Assembly: GCA_004431415.1 (NCBI GenBank)
Contig: QPMI01000054.1
Span: 372,001-436,000, forward strand
Source of the DNA: Cyanophora paradoxa CCMP329
Lineage: Eukaryota > Plantae > Glaucophyta
Reading direction: 5' to 3'
Length of the DNA: 64,000 nt
Under the pieces are notes generated by a model that ran no database searches, was not told the origin of the DNA, and worked only from the letters and a program-made list of their open reading frames with translations. Position numbers and translations under genes: made by a program. Of this stretch, positions 21,801 through 33,800 are shown in pieces. The number at the start of each line of letters is the position of its first letter. The first letter of the stretch is position 1.

Positions 21801-24800
21801 GGGGAAGGGTAAGGAGACGAGCGAGCAGGATGAGCAGCGAGGCTGCTGGACCTGCGGCTCGCTGGACCACATGCGCCGGGATTGCCCCTCCGCCCAGGGC
21901 AACGCCCAGAGCGGCCGTGGCCGCGGCTATGGCCCTGAGCAGAACCGCGGGCCCCGGCCCCGGTTCAACCAAGTTCGCGCCGGAGGCGATCCGCCGCGCT
22001 CCGAGCCGCCGAACCCGGGCGCTGCCCACATGGCTGAATTCTTCCAGCATCTGCTGGTTCAGTCGCAGCAGCAAGCCCTGCACGAGGCCGCGCGTGCCGC
22101 GAGCTCCTCCTCGGCAGGCAGCAAGCCCGGCCCAGGCGCCCCGAGCGGCGACCCGTCGATCAAGTCCGTCCTCGTGATGCCCGTGGGCACTGAGACGGAC
22201 ATGGACCTCAGCGTCCCCGTCGCCGCCGTGCGCCAGCCGGCCGACGCCAGCGTCATCGCCGCCCGGGCGCGTGACCAGGCCGCCTTCGACGCGGCCGCCT
22301 CGACCCTCGCCGCCGGCGCCCTTGACGACGCCGCGCGTGAGACCGAGTTCGAGGCCGCCCTGCGCTTTGCCAGCCCGGCAAGCGACGATGGCTCAGGGGA
22401 CTCGGAAATCGGCGAGACCGACGCCGACGGACTGAGCGTCCGCTCGGAGTCCGACCCCCTGGATCCCTGCGGCAAGGGCTCGGGTCTCGAATACGTCGAG
22501 AAAAAGCCACTGTCCGCGCCCACCGGGCTGCGGTACATGCCCGGCGACCACACCGAGAGCGTGCTCGTTGACTCGCAACGCGAGGGCAGCCGCTTCATTG
22601 TCCGCCGCATTGCCCCCCTGCTCATGCCACTCTCTAAGTGGTACGCGCTGCTGGCCTCGGAGCCTCGCGCGCTGTCGAGGGCCGTCGGGCTCCTCTTCAC
22701 CAACGGCATGGAGGGGCATAAGCAAATCCCGCTTGTGCGCAAACTTGCCGGCGAGGGTACGATCGGCATCGTTGCCGATCGCTTCCTGGGCGCCTGCGGA
22801 CTGAACCGCGCGGACCGTCTCCTCCTGGGTCGCTTGACTCAGCGCACCGAGGTTAACAACCTCGCTTGCGTGATCGAGACTGCGGCCGTGGTCGCCCGCA
22901 CGGACCACCGCCTGCATGAGGGCCCGGATTCCGGCCGCGCTATGCGTGCAATTCTGCGCGCGGCGTTCGCCCACCCCGAGGACCCGGGCTCATGCTCTGG
23001 GGTCGGTCCCCCGCCTGACGACTCCGAAGTCGTCTGGCCCGATCTCGCCTTCGAGTTCGACACCGCGTCGCCGCGCGCGTGGGACGATCTGCTCGCCGCT
23101 TGGGAGCAGCACGCCCCGAAGTCGGCATGCTGGGACCTCGCATCTGAGGCGAGTTGGCTTAGCGACTCTGATCGCTCGCCAATCTTGTCCCTTCTCGTCG
23201 CGTCCGCGTACCTGCTCGCCCAGCCGGGCTTGCAGTGGCCCCGCATACTGGCTGAGAATGCCAACGGGTATGACGTGGCGTTTGACCCGCGGGACTGGGA
23301 CGAGACGCCCGATACCCCGGTCTCGCCGGCCCTGACGGGCTATCACGCGATGCGCTCGGCACTCGCCGCAGCCCGCGAGATCCTCCACGAGGACTGCGAC
23401 TTCCACGCATACTGCGTGCAGTTGCTGCTGGCCATAATCCGTTTCCGCACCCTCACGGTCGTTCCGGGGGCTCTGGGATTTGGCAAGAACAGCCTCTTTG
23501 AGTGGATCACCCCTCACGACGTGGCTCCGCCCGTCACTCAGTACCAAACGTATGCCGCAAGGCTGCGTGAGGTCGCCGGCGCTGCTTGCTTCGACAAGAG
23601 CTCCGAGGGCACCGTCGCCGCTCGCGTCCTGGCCACACAGGCCGAGCGCCGCGCCCGCTGCGTGCGGGGCGAGCCCCCGCTCGTCAACCTTTCCGAGCTC
23701 GTCCAGCACGGCTCCGATTTGGACAAGTGGCGCGTTGTCTACGTGCCCGAGCGCGTCGCCGTGCAGCGCATGGCCCGGCTCATTGACCCGCGGCGCCCCG
23801 ACGAGTTCAGCTCTCTGCTGTTCTCTGACTGGCTCCTGGGGATTGGCACGTACCGCGCTGCCCCCACCGTCGTTGTGGACCGCCCCGTCGGTCCCGACGA
23901 GGGGCTCCGGTTCCGGCACCACCCGGACGCCGACCCCCTGATGCGCGGGCCTAGCATCGAGGCGTTCCTCGATCGCCGTTATCCGGTGCCCCGCCGCGAT
24001 AACCATCGCGAGGTCGACGTGCTCGACCTGCTCGCCTCCCGCGCCGTCCCGCGCCTTGGTCCGCCGGACCTGGTGAAGAACGAGCGCCGCTCGAGCCCCG
24101 AGTTCCTGTGGCTCATGAAAGCGCTGCAAGGAGAAATGGATTCCGCCGCTCGCAATGGCGAATTCACGTGGTGTGTGTTCGTCTGGGTCTGCTACTGCAT
24201 GTCGCAGTCCGGCGTTTACGCCACCACACTCCTTGATCAGCCGGCCCACCGCATGCGGTTGGTCTACGGCGAAGTGCGCCGGCGCTATAAGGGCCCCCAC
24301 ACCAACAGTTCGGTGTGGGACAAGCATAACGAAATCATCGCTTCGTGCGATGCGTTGGCCCGAACAGTCGCCACCACGCGCCGTGGCCGCGGCAAGCCGA
24401 CTGCGGCAGCCGCCGGCACCACCGAGGGCCGTGGACGAAGCGGCTCGCGCGCCCGCCGCGGTGCCCCTGCTCGCCCGCCCGGCGACCGCGCCGCCGCCAG
24501 CGGCAGTTCGGACCCGGGCTCCGGCTCGTCGGATGAGGGCGAGGGTGGCGCCGCCACGCCGCCTCCAGACGCCATGGAATCCGATGAGCATGCGGGTATT
24601 GATGCCGACGCCCGTGAGCGCATGTGGCACGCGCTCTTCGTCCGAAGCGGCATCGACGCAAAGCTCTTCGAGCTCGTCGGTTGCCCCGCCCCGTCGTCCA
24701 ACTGGTCGACGTCGGTCGAGCACATGTGGCTCGCGACCAGTGGCCTCACGCAGGCCCAGAACCCGCTCCTGCTGCAAATCGAGCCCCACCCCGAACTCCA

Positions 24801-27800
24801 GGGCTGGCTCGCAGCAGAAACCGCGCAGCCCCCGTGGCGCCGGTTTAGCCACTTCCACGCAGACGCCTCGCGCGAGGCGTGGGAGCGACTTGAGCTGAGC
24901 GTGCCCCAGCGGCACCCCGCCAACGTGCGGTTCCTACGGCGCGCGGTTGCGTCGTTCGAACTTGCAGCCTGGAACTCGGGTCTCTTGACCCCGCGCCCTG
25001 AGCTCCCGACGGAGCCGGACCGGTGGACCTGTTCCCACTGGGACGCGGTTTTCCTGGACCGCTTTGAGTTCCACGTCTCCCGCCTGCCGGGATACTACGT
25101 CAATGACCGCTGGCGCGCGTCCCAAAACACGGGGCCCGGTCTTGATGTCGTCGAGCCCGTGCCTGCCCACGCACGCTGGCTGATGTCGTGCTGGTTCAGC
25201 GGACGCACTGGTCCGGGAACCGTGCCCTTTGTTCCGTACTCGGAACAACAGCTGCCCGAAGAAGTTCGCTTCTTCTACGGGCGCGTCCGCGCGCTGCACC
25301 CGGGTTGCGAGGGTCTCGTCTGCGAGCTCGCCTCCATGTACCCCCGGACCTGAACATCTCCGAAGTTGTTCAGCGGGCCGCCGCAAAGATGGACGCGGAC
25401 TCCTGGCTGAGCCAGGAGGTTCGGCTGTACGACAACGCCGTCGAAGGGGCCTCTTGGACCCTGGGCGAAATCGACTTCCCCGTCGAGGGCGCGGAAGTCG
25501 TCATCCGCTCTCTGCCGTTCGTGCGGTGGATCGACGACTGGGCCGGCGCCGTTCGCGCGAACGAGCGCGACGCCGCGGGCGACACGCCCATGGTCGAGGC
25601 CACAGCCGCCGCCTCCGCCTCGAGCGCCGCTGCCGCCGGTCCCTCCGAGCCCCCGGCTCCGGACCCGCAAGCCCCTCCGGGCTCGCGCACTTGGTACGAC
25701 GGCACGCTCGAGCGCCTGCGGTACTGCGAAAAGTACTGCGTGCTGCTCCCGGACCCGCTCGGGGCGGGCTCCGCAACCAACACGTTGCCCGAGCAGCAGC
25801 CCTGGGGCGCAATCCCCCGCCTCCGTACTCTCATGTACGGCGAGAACGGGCCACGGGACTGCGGCCCCGTGTTTAACCCGGGCACACACCTGCAAACGCG
25901 CTTCCACCCGGACGCGCTCGACGCCGATGCTGCTCTGCACAGCCTCGCCTCGACGGTCCTTGGAAACGTCGAAGGGCATAACCGCGGCATCCCTGCCGCG
26001 ATTTTGCTCTACGGGCCGCCGGTCCCGCCGACTCCGACCACCCTCGAGGGTGCGGACGTCCAGGGCCTGCCCTACGTGCTCGCGATGATGGGGCTCGATG
26101 AGCACATCACTAAGTGGGTCTCCTCGGAGCCCGCTCTCCCGCTCCGTGAGGACGGGCCGATCACGAAGGCGTACGCCACGCTGAACACGGTCATGCACCA
26201 CACGTGTCGCATGTCCTACGCGTACCTGCACCGGCCGCACCAGTTCAACCCCCACGCGGGGCCGAACCGTGCACCACCGCGCAGTCGCGTGGTCGCGTTC
26301 AAGGACCCGCGCTTCGGCCGCAAGTTCGGCATCCGCGTAGTCGCGCAAGCCGACTCGCGCGTGCGCATGCTCGTCCCCGGCGAGCCGGTCCTAAGCTCCG
26401 AGCGTGCCTTCGCGGCTGAGCTCGATGCGAACGCCCTCGACGTCCTCGGCGACGCCGCCGGGAAGAACGCCATCCGCGTCACGCTGGGCCCCGCCCACGT
26501 CGCGATGCAGTACCCCTCCGAGGCGGAGGCGCGTCGCCAGCTCGACCGCTTGCCGCCCCGCGTCTTTACGCTGGGGTACGAGTCCAGCCGGCCGCCGGTG
26601 AACCCGATGCACAAGGGGACGCGGATGCACCCGCTCGTCTGCCCCATCGTCACCGAGAACGGCGCCACGTGGGCACCGCTGCCGACTCGTGAGTTCGTCG
26701 CATCCCTGCTTGCGGGGTATGTGAACCACTTGGCCGGCTGGATCCTCGGCCACGAGCTGCCTGAGCCCCGGCGCCCGGCGCCGGTGGCAGGGTACAACGT
26801 GCAGATGCACGTCGTGGGGCCGACCGCGGCCTATGAGTTCTTGCGGGATATCTGCTATCGCGGTGACCGCAATACTCTGAGCGCTGACAAGCGCGGTAGC
26901 CACATGCGCACGGTCGATGGTGACGAGCTTTACGCTGTCTACCACACCGTCAAAGACAAAGTCCCTACGGACATTGTCGACGAGTACGCGGCCCTCGTTC
27001 TGGCCTCCCAGCTTCCGCTGGCGACCCTGTTCTGGTTCTCCATGCCAGACCTTCCCCGCCCGACCGCTGTCGCCACATCGTGGCTCGACAATGCGCCGGC
27101 GTCGAAGAAGCAGCTCGCAGACGCGATGCTGCAGATCTGGGGTTTGCCCGCGACGACTCAGCTTCGCGCACTGCTCGCAAAGCATGAGGACACTGTCGGC
27201 TGCTTGGATGTTCGCCTCCTTGAGCGCATCCTGCCCGCCCGTACCACCGCGCACGGCATGCGCGAGTTCTGTCACGTCGACCGTGACACGTGGGCCGCCC
27301 GGCATCTCTCGCATGCTGGCGAGGATCACATGCTCCACGGCCAGGAAGCCACCTCGCGGGCTCTCCTGAGCTGGGTTCAGAAGATCAATGATGTCCTCTG
27401 GCCCATCATGACGAGCGCACGCCCGCCGCGCCTCTTGGTCTCCGACCTTTGGCCGGCGCCGGCTTTCGACACGGTCGCTAAGCCGGATGCGCCCTTCCCC
27501 GCACCTGCGGATGCGCCCGACCTGGGCACCACGGTAATGGCGGTCACGCCGTTCCATTACCGGATGTCGGCTGCCCTCCTCATGCACTGGAGCGGGCGCC
27601 GCCCCGAGGTCATCCCGAAGACCCTGCGGGCCCAGGTCCGGGGTGACTCGACGCCCAAGAAGGCAAAGGACGAAGCGTCCTCTGCCTCGGGCACAACGGG
27701 CTCCGGGTCGCGCGAGCCGAGCCCCGCTCCCCGCGCCTCCCGCTCGCCGGTGCCTGAACGGCGCCGTGCGTCCCGCACGCCGCAAGGCGCGAAGCGGCAG

Positions 27801-30800
27801 CACCCGGAAGCCGAGCGCCGCGAGGCTCGCTCGGCCCCGCCGCGCGAGTCCTCCTCCCGGTCCCCCGCCGACCGTGCGCGCGGTGGCCGTGCCCGTGAAG
27901 GCACTCACCGGGACCGGCGCGTGATGCACGGCAACCGCGTCACGGTGACCGCTTCGACCGCGCCTGCGGCGAGCGACGCCGACGACTTCGCCGGCCTCGA
28001 TGACGCAGCGTTCGCTGCCGTCGCGCGTGAGCACGGCCTCGAGCTCGAGGACGCGCCCGCACCGGCGCCCACGCCGGAGGAGACGCGCGCCCGCCTCCTA
28101 GCCGAAGCCGAGCGCCGCAACAAGCGGGCTCGCGTTGCACCCAGCGGTGTCCCGCCGGCTGACGCCGCGGCGTACCCGCCATTCCCCATGGGCCCGCCGC
28201 CGCCGCGGCCCACCTGGGGCGGGCCGCCACCGGCCCTGATGCCTCAGATGCCCGGAGGCGGCGGCTACTATTGGCCGCCGGGCATGATGTACGGGCCGCC
28301 GATGCCGGGCGTGACCGCCCCTGCTGGCCCCGGCGCGCCGGCGCCCGGCGACAGCGCCGGTGCAGCCCACTACCAAGCCGCCAAAAACTGGCGCGCTCGC
28401 TTGCGCCTCCTGCTCGAGGCTGGCAACGAAGCAAGCCCGCCGCTTCTGTCCGAAGTCCTGGACGAGATTGCGACCGCCGCCGGTCACAATCTTCCGGGCA
28501 CGACGCTTCCCAGCGGCGCCTCGTGGGCGGCCCTCAACGTCGCCGCGACGATTTGGGCTGCGGCCGTTCCCAGCTTGGAACAGTTCGATCGGATCGAATC
28601 CGAGCTGCTCCGGCTGATTGGGCAGGCCCAGGCGCGCCAGGCCGAGGGCCGCTGCCGTCCTGGCGCCCGCGCCGTCCTCCGTGTCTACGGGGACGATGAC
28701 GGCGAGGACGACTTCGCGACGCGCGCTGCACTGCAGCCGCGGTCCATCGCCGAAAGCGTCCTGGCGGCTGCGACCAGGGAGCCGCAGCCCCTCACGGACG
28801 GGCCGGACCGGAAAACCTCTGCAGCCCCGCAGAGTCGGTCCGCGGCGTTGCACGCCAGCAACAGCCGGCAGCGCTCGTCGCTGCACTTCCCCACGCCCGC
28901 CGCCGACCCTGGTGACCTCACCGGGTACGGCCCGGACCGCCCGTCGGACCTCGCGGTCCCGGAGTCCCCCGAAGGCGCGCCGCCCGGCAGCCTCAACGCC
29001 CCTATCCCGATTGCGCATGTGATCGATGGGATCTCGGGCCGCCCGCACGATTTCCGGCGCCTGCAGCTGCAGTGCCCAGGATTCGTCTACGCCCTGAATG
29101 CTGACGGCACTCTCGGCGCTAGCACGCGTGTCCAAATCCTCTTTGACACCGGCGCTATGGGCGAAGTTGGCGAGAAGCGCCACATGCCCCCGGGCACCCG
29201 GTACACGGGTGTGAAGGTCCTGAGGGCCTTCCTGCACCACGCCACGATCACGGCCGAAATCGCGCACGTCGTGCTGCGCTTCGGTGACGTGTACGTCTCG
29301 CGGGCCGTGTACGTCGTCCCCGACGGCTCCCTGGGCCCAATGCCGACCTGCTCGTGGGCATCGGCACGATCATGATGGTCGAGGGGCGGATAGACACGAC
29401 CAGCTCTGGCTGGTGCCTGCACGCGCGCGACGCGCAATTCCGCCCCCACGTGATCCCTTTTTGCTGCCCGGACAAACGAAGGGGCCTCTCCTTGTCCGGG
29501 TCCTTCGCCCTGTCGTCCTGAAGGACGCGCGCGAGTGGATGGTCCGCTGCGTGATTGACGGCCCTGCGCCGCCTGCGGACCAGGCTCCGACGCTCGCCGT
29601 CGGGCCGGCGCCCGACTCCTTGTCGGCGCTCGGGGTACTCGCGCCCCACCAGCTGCACCGGCGCCCAGCCGCGGGCGGCAGCCTGCATGTGCGGCTATTA
29701 AATCCCGCCAATGAGCCCGTCCTGCTGCCAGCAGGGGCCGTTGTTGCGGTGGCGGAGGCTAACAACCTGCCGCCCGGCGACTTCGGGTATGACCCGCCAC
29801 CAGACGATGCGCCCGTGCGCGCAGTCGCCGATACTTTCATCCGCACGCTGCGAGCCTTTTACCCTAAACGGGGCCAAGGCTTCCGCTCGATGCGTCGCCG
29901 GGCCAATCGAACGGCCGCGGCTTATATGGCAGCTGAGGGCGCGCCGACGCCCCAGCACCCTGCCCCGGGGCCTATCTTTGCGGCACCCGCCGCCCGGCAG
30001 TCCGATGCGACTGCAGCCACCGGGCAGGAGCCTGCGCCGAGCGCACCTCCGCTGTTTGTCCGCATGATGCGCGACGACGACGACGAGGGCCATGAGGTCC
30101 CCATCGTCACGATGGAGGGCCTCGCGCTCCACGATGAGCCGGTGTCGTCCGACACCGACTCGGAGCTCGAGCGCGACGTCGGGTACCCGGGTTGGACCTC
30201 CCCAGAGGAGCGTGAACGAACCCGGCCGGCCCGCCGCGCCGAGCGCGCCGCACGCCGCCGCGCCCGCGCGGCGCGCGTTGCGCGTCAAGGGCTAACGTAG
30301 TCCCAACCAATCCTCCGGGGATCAAATAAATCTCGCTGCCGACGCAGCCGAGCAGCCGGCGCCTGCGCCGAGCACAGCTGCTGCCCGCCCCGCGACGGCA
30401 CCAGCGCCGCTGGACGGCCCTGGCTGCTCCGTCCGTACCACGGACGCGCCGGGCGCGCCTTCTGCAGCCGAGTCCTCTGCCGCGCGCGGCAGGGACAAGG
30501 GCAAGGCGCCGCTGCGAGCCGCCCCTCCGGGCCCAGCGCCTGGACCCTCCCATGGCGGCCCCCGCGGGCGCCTCCGGAAACGACGGGGACGTCGTCTTCC
30601 GAAGAGGAGGAGTGGAACCGAGCACGTGCTAAAATCCCGGAATGCGGCTCGCATCCGGCGATGAGCACTGCTGAACGCGCCGAGCTCGAGGCTCTGCTCA
30701 AGCGCTATTCGTGCGCGTTCGCCGACTCGGTCACGGCCACCGAGGGCACGGCCAACCTCCTCCACTACGAGCACGTGATCCGATTGACCTCACGGCTGCC

Positions 30801-33800
30801 CGTCTTCACGCCCCCGCGGCGTGTAAGCCCGCACGCCGAGGCCTTCGCCCGTGCTGAAATAAAGCGGCTCCTTGAGCTGGGCTTGATCCAGCCCTCGCAA
30901 GCCGCCTACGGCTCGCCGGTCGTGCTCGCTCCTAAGAAGGACGGCACCTGGCGGTTCTGCGTCGATTACCGACGCTTAAATGCAATCACCGAGCGCGACG
31001 TCTTTCCGCTGCCGCGGATCGACGATCAGCTGGACCGCCTGCGGGGTCCATGATCTTCTCGACCGTCGACGCGACGGCGGGCTTCTGGCAGCTGCCGCTG
31101 GACCCTGCGTCCCGGCAGTACACGGCCTTCGTGGTGCCCTGGGGCCACTACGAGTGGCGCGTGACCCCGTTTGGCGTGACCAACGGGCCGGCCGCCTTCT
31201 CGCGCGCCGTGACCGCCATCCTCGGCCCCCTGCTCACGACTTGCGTCACCGCTTATATCGACGATATAACGGTGTTCTCGCCGAGCGTGCCCCAGCACCT
31301 GCTGGACCTCGAGGCCTTGTTCCGCGCAATCATGCCGGCGAACTTGCGCCTGAAGCCCTCCAAGTGCTGCTTCGGGGTGGCTGAGGTTGCCCTGCTCGGG
31401 CACCTCGTCTCGGCCGAGGGGATCCGCCAGGACCCCGCGAAGCTGGCGTTCATTCGCCAGTACCCGCCGCCAGCGAACGCTGACCAATTGAGGTCGTTCC
31501 TGGGCTTGGCCGGGTACTACCGGCGGTTCGTGAACGGGTTTGCCCGTGTCACCCACCCTTTGCAGCGCCTGCTGCTTCGGGACGCCGTGTGGCAATGGAC
31601 CGAGGTCCACCAAGCCGCCTTCGAGGCGCTGAAGGCTGCCCTGCTCGAGGATCTGGTACTCGGGTACCCGGATTTCGAGCGGCCCTTCATCCTGTCGACC
31701 GACGCGTCGACGTACGCCATCGGCGCGATCCTGTCGCAGTCCGACGGCGGCTCGCCCGCCCGTGAGCGGCCCATCGCGTTCATCAGCCGAACGCTGGCGC
31801 CCGCTGAGCGGAATTACACCGCCACCGAGCTCGAGTGCTTGGCGGTTGTATGGGCAATAAAATACTGGCGGCACTTCCTCTTGGGAGGGCCCCAGTTCCT
31901 GGTCCGGACGGACCACCAAGCGCTCCAGTGGCTGCGCTCGCGCGAGGCGACCTCTGGGAGGCTGGGACGCTGGTCCCTCCTCCTGCAGTCCTACGACTTC
32001 GTCGTAGAGTACCGCGCGGGGCGCAATAACGGAGGGCCCGACGCCTGCTCGCGGCCCCGTTGAACCACCCGGTTCTCGCCCCTGGCGGCGCCGACGGCAG
32101 CTCAGCCGCGCCTGACGCGCTGGCTGGCGCTGCGGGGCATGGCGTGCCCCAGCCCGGCGACCTCGATGAGCCGCTGCCGCTGTTTGCAGTCGCTCTGGGC
32201 GCCGAGGGCGCTGCGGACGCCCGGGTTGCCGTGGAAGCCCCGCCGGGCCCCCGCCTGACCGAGCTGGCTGATGAGCCGGACGAGGCCGCGCTGCCGGGCC
32301 CCGCCCATGCGCCTGGGCCCGCCGAGGCCGAAACGCCGGCGGCCCCGCCGAGTCGGGCGGAGATCCTCGTCGCGAGGCGACAGGCCCGTCTCCGGCGCCA
32401 GCTCGCCTTCGAGGGCGCTCCCGCCGCGAGGCGAGACGTCCAGCCCGCCCAGGGGCCGCGTCCACGCCGGACGCGCGCGCCGCCTGAGGCCTTCCGAGAG
32501 GGCTCCGACGATGAGCCCGTCTCCCTCTCCGAGCGCGCGCCCAGAGCCGCGCCGGCGGACGCCGAAGACGAGCCCCAGGGGCCCCGGCGCCGCCCGAACC
32601 CCGAGCCCCTGCCGCTGGGCAGGAGGCGCCCCTGCCCGCAGCCCTGCAGCTGCCGCAGGCCGGCCCGCCGACCCGGCGCGGCCGCAAGCCGACCACCTGG
32701 GCCGCGATGCGGCAGGAGGTTGACGAGTGGCACCGCCTCGCTGTCGAGCAGGGCCTGCCGCCGGCCCCGCGCTCTCCAAGCCCACCGCCGGCTCCCGAGG
32801 CCGACCCCATGGAGCTGGGCTCCGATGGCGAGGTCGCCCCGCCCGTGCCGGGGCCTGAGGCCCCGCGCGAGGCGTCCGAGCTTGAGCTCGACGAGGACGG
32901 GTTCCCCGTTACCCTCCTCGATCGCGTACGCCGCCGGCTCCCGTCGGGACCGCGGCGCTACGAGGGGCCTGTCGCGCCCCTGCCGCGCGACCAGCGTCCG
33001 CCTGAGGCCCCGCGCCGGGGCAAGACGCCCCGCAAGGCCGACAACCCGCGCCACTGGCGCTGCGGCCCGCCGCTGTACCCCCGTCAGGACGATCCCGACG
33101 AGGGGCCCGAGGGCGGCGCCCCGGCGGCGTCGTCCTCCGCGGCTGCGTCGACCACTGCGGCGACAGCGGGCTCATCTGAGCCGCCGGCTGCCCCTGAGGC
33201 GCCCTCGAGCGGCGACGCCGGCTCGAGCGGCGGCCCAGCCGCGGGCCTGGAACGGGAGCTCCTCTCGTCCAGCGCCATCGCCCCTGGCCCTGAGCTGGGC
33301 GAGGTCCGAGACCGCCGCAAGCCGCGCTTGCTGGAGCTGGTCCAGGACACCTGGGATTGCGCGCCGCCGCCTTCCTTGACGGGCCCCTGCCCGAGGCCCT
33401 GCGCCACATGTTCCCCGCGCGGCGAGTCCGGCTGCTCGCTGCGCAGAAGGCGGACTCGCTGTGCCGCAAGCTGTTCTCCTGGCACGAGAACGGCGTGAAC
33501 GAGGCGCGCTGCACGCGCGCCTCCTGCCAGACGGGCGACTGCTACCTCTGCAGTCAGGCCAAGGCGGCCTTCGTCAAATTCGCCCAGAAATTTGACGTGG
33601 ACACAGACGGCGTGCTCGTCCGCCGCCCGGCCGCGCCCCACGGGCGCTTCGTGCCCGTCCTGCCTGAGTCCTGGCAGGACCGCGTCCTGTACGCGTACCA
33701 CGATGGGTGGGGCCACCGCGGCGCCTCGATCGTCGCCCGCCGGATCCTGCTGAGGTTCTGGTGGCCGGGCATGCTTGCGGCAGTCGCTCGCTACGTGCGG

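Noticed and set aside
21250-32060. Programmed ribosomal frameshifts in Gag-Pol
   Set aside because: The shifts are numerous, one falls inside RT, and those traced sit in G/C runs, which fits sequencing error better. One real recoding site cannot be excluded.
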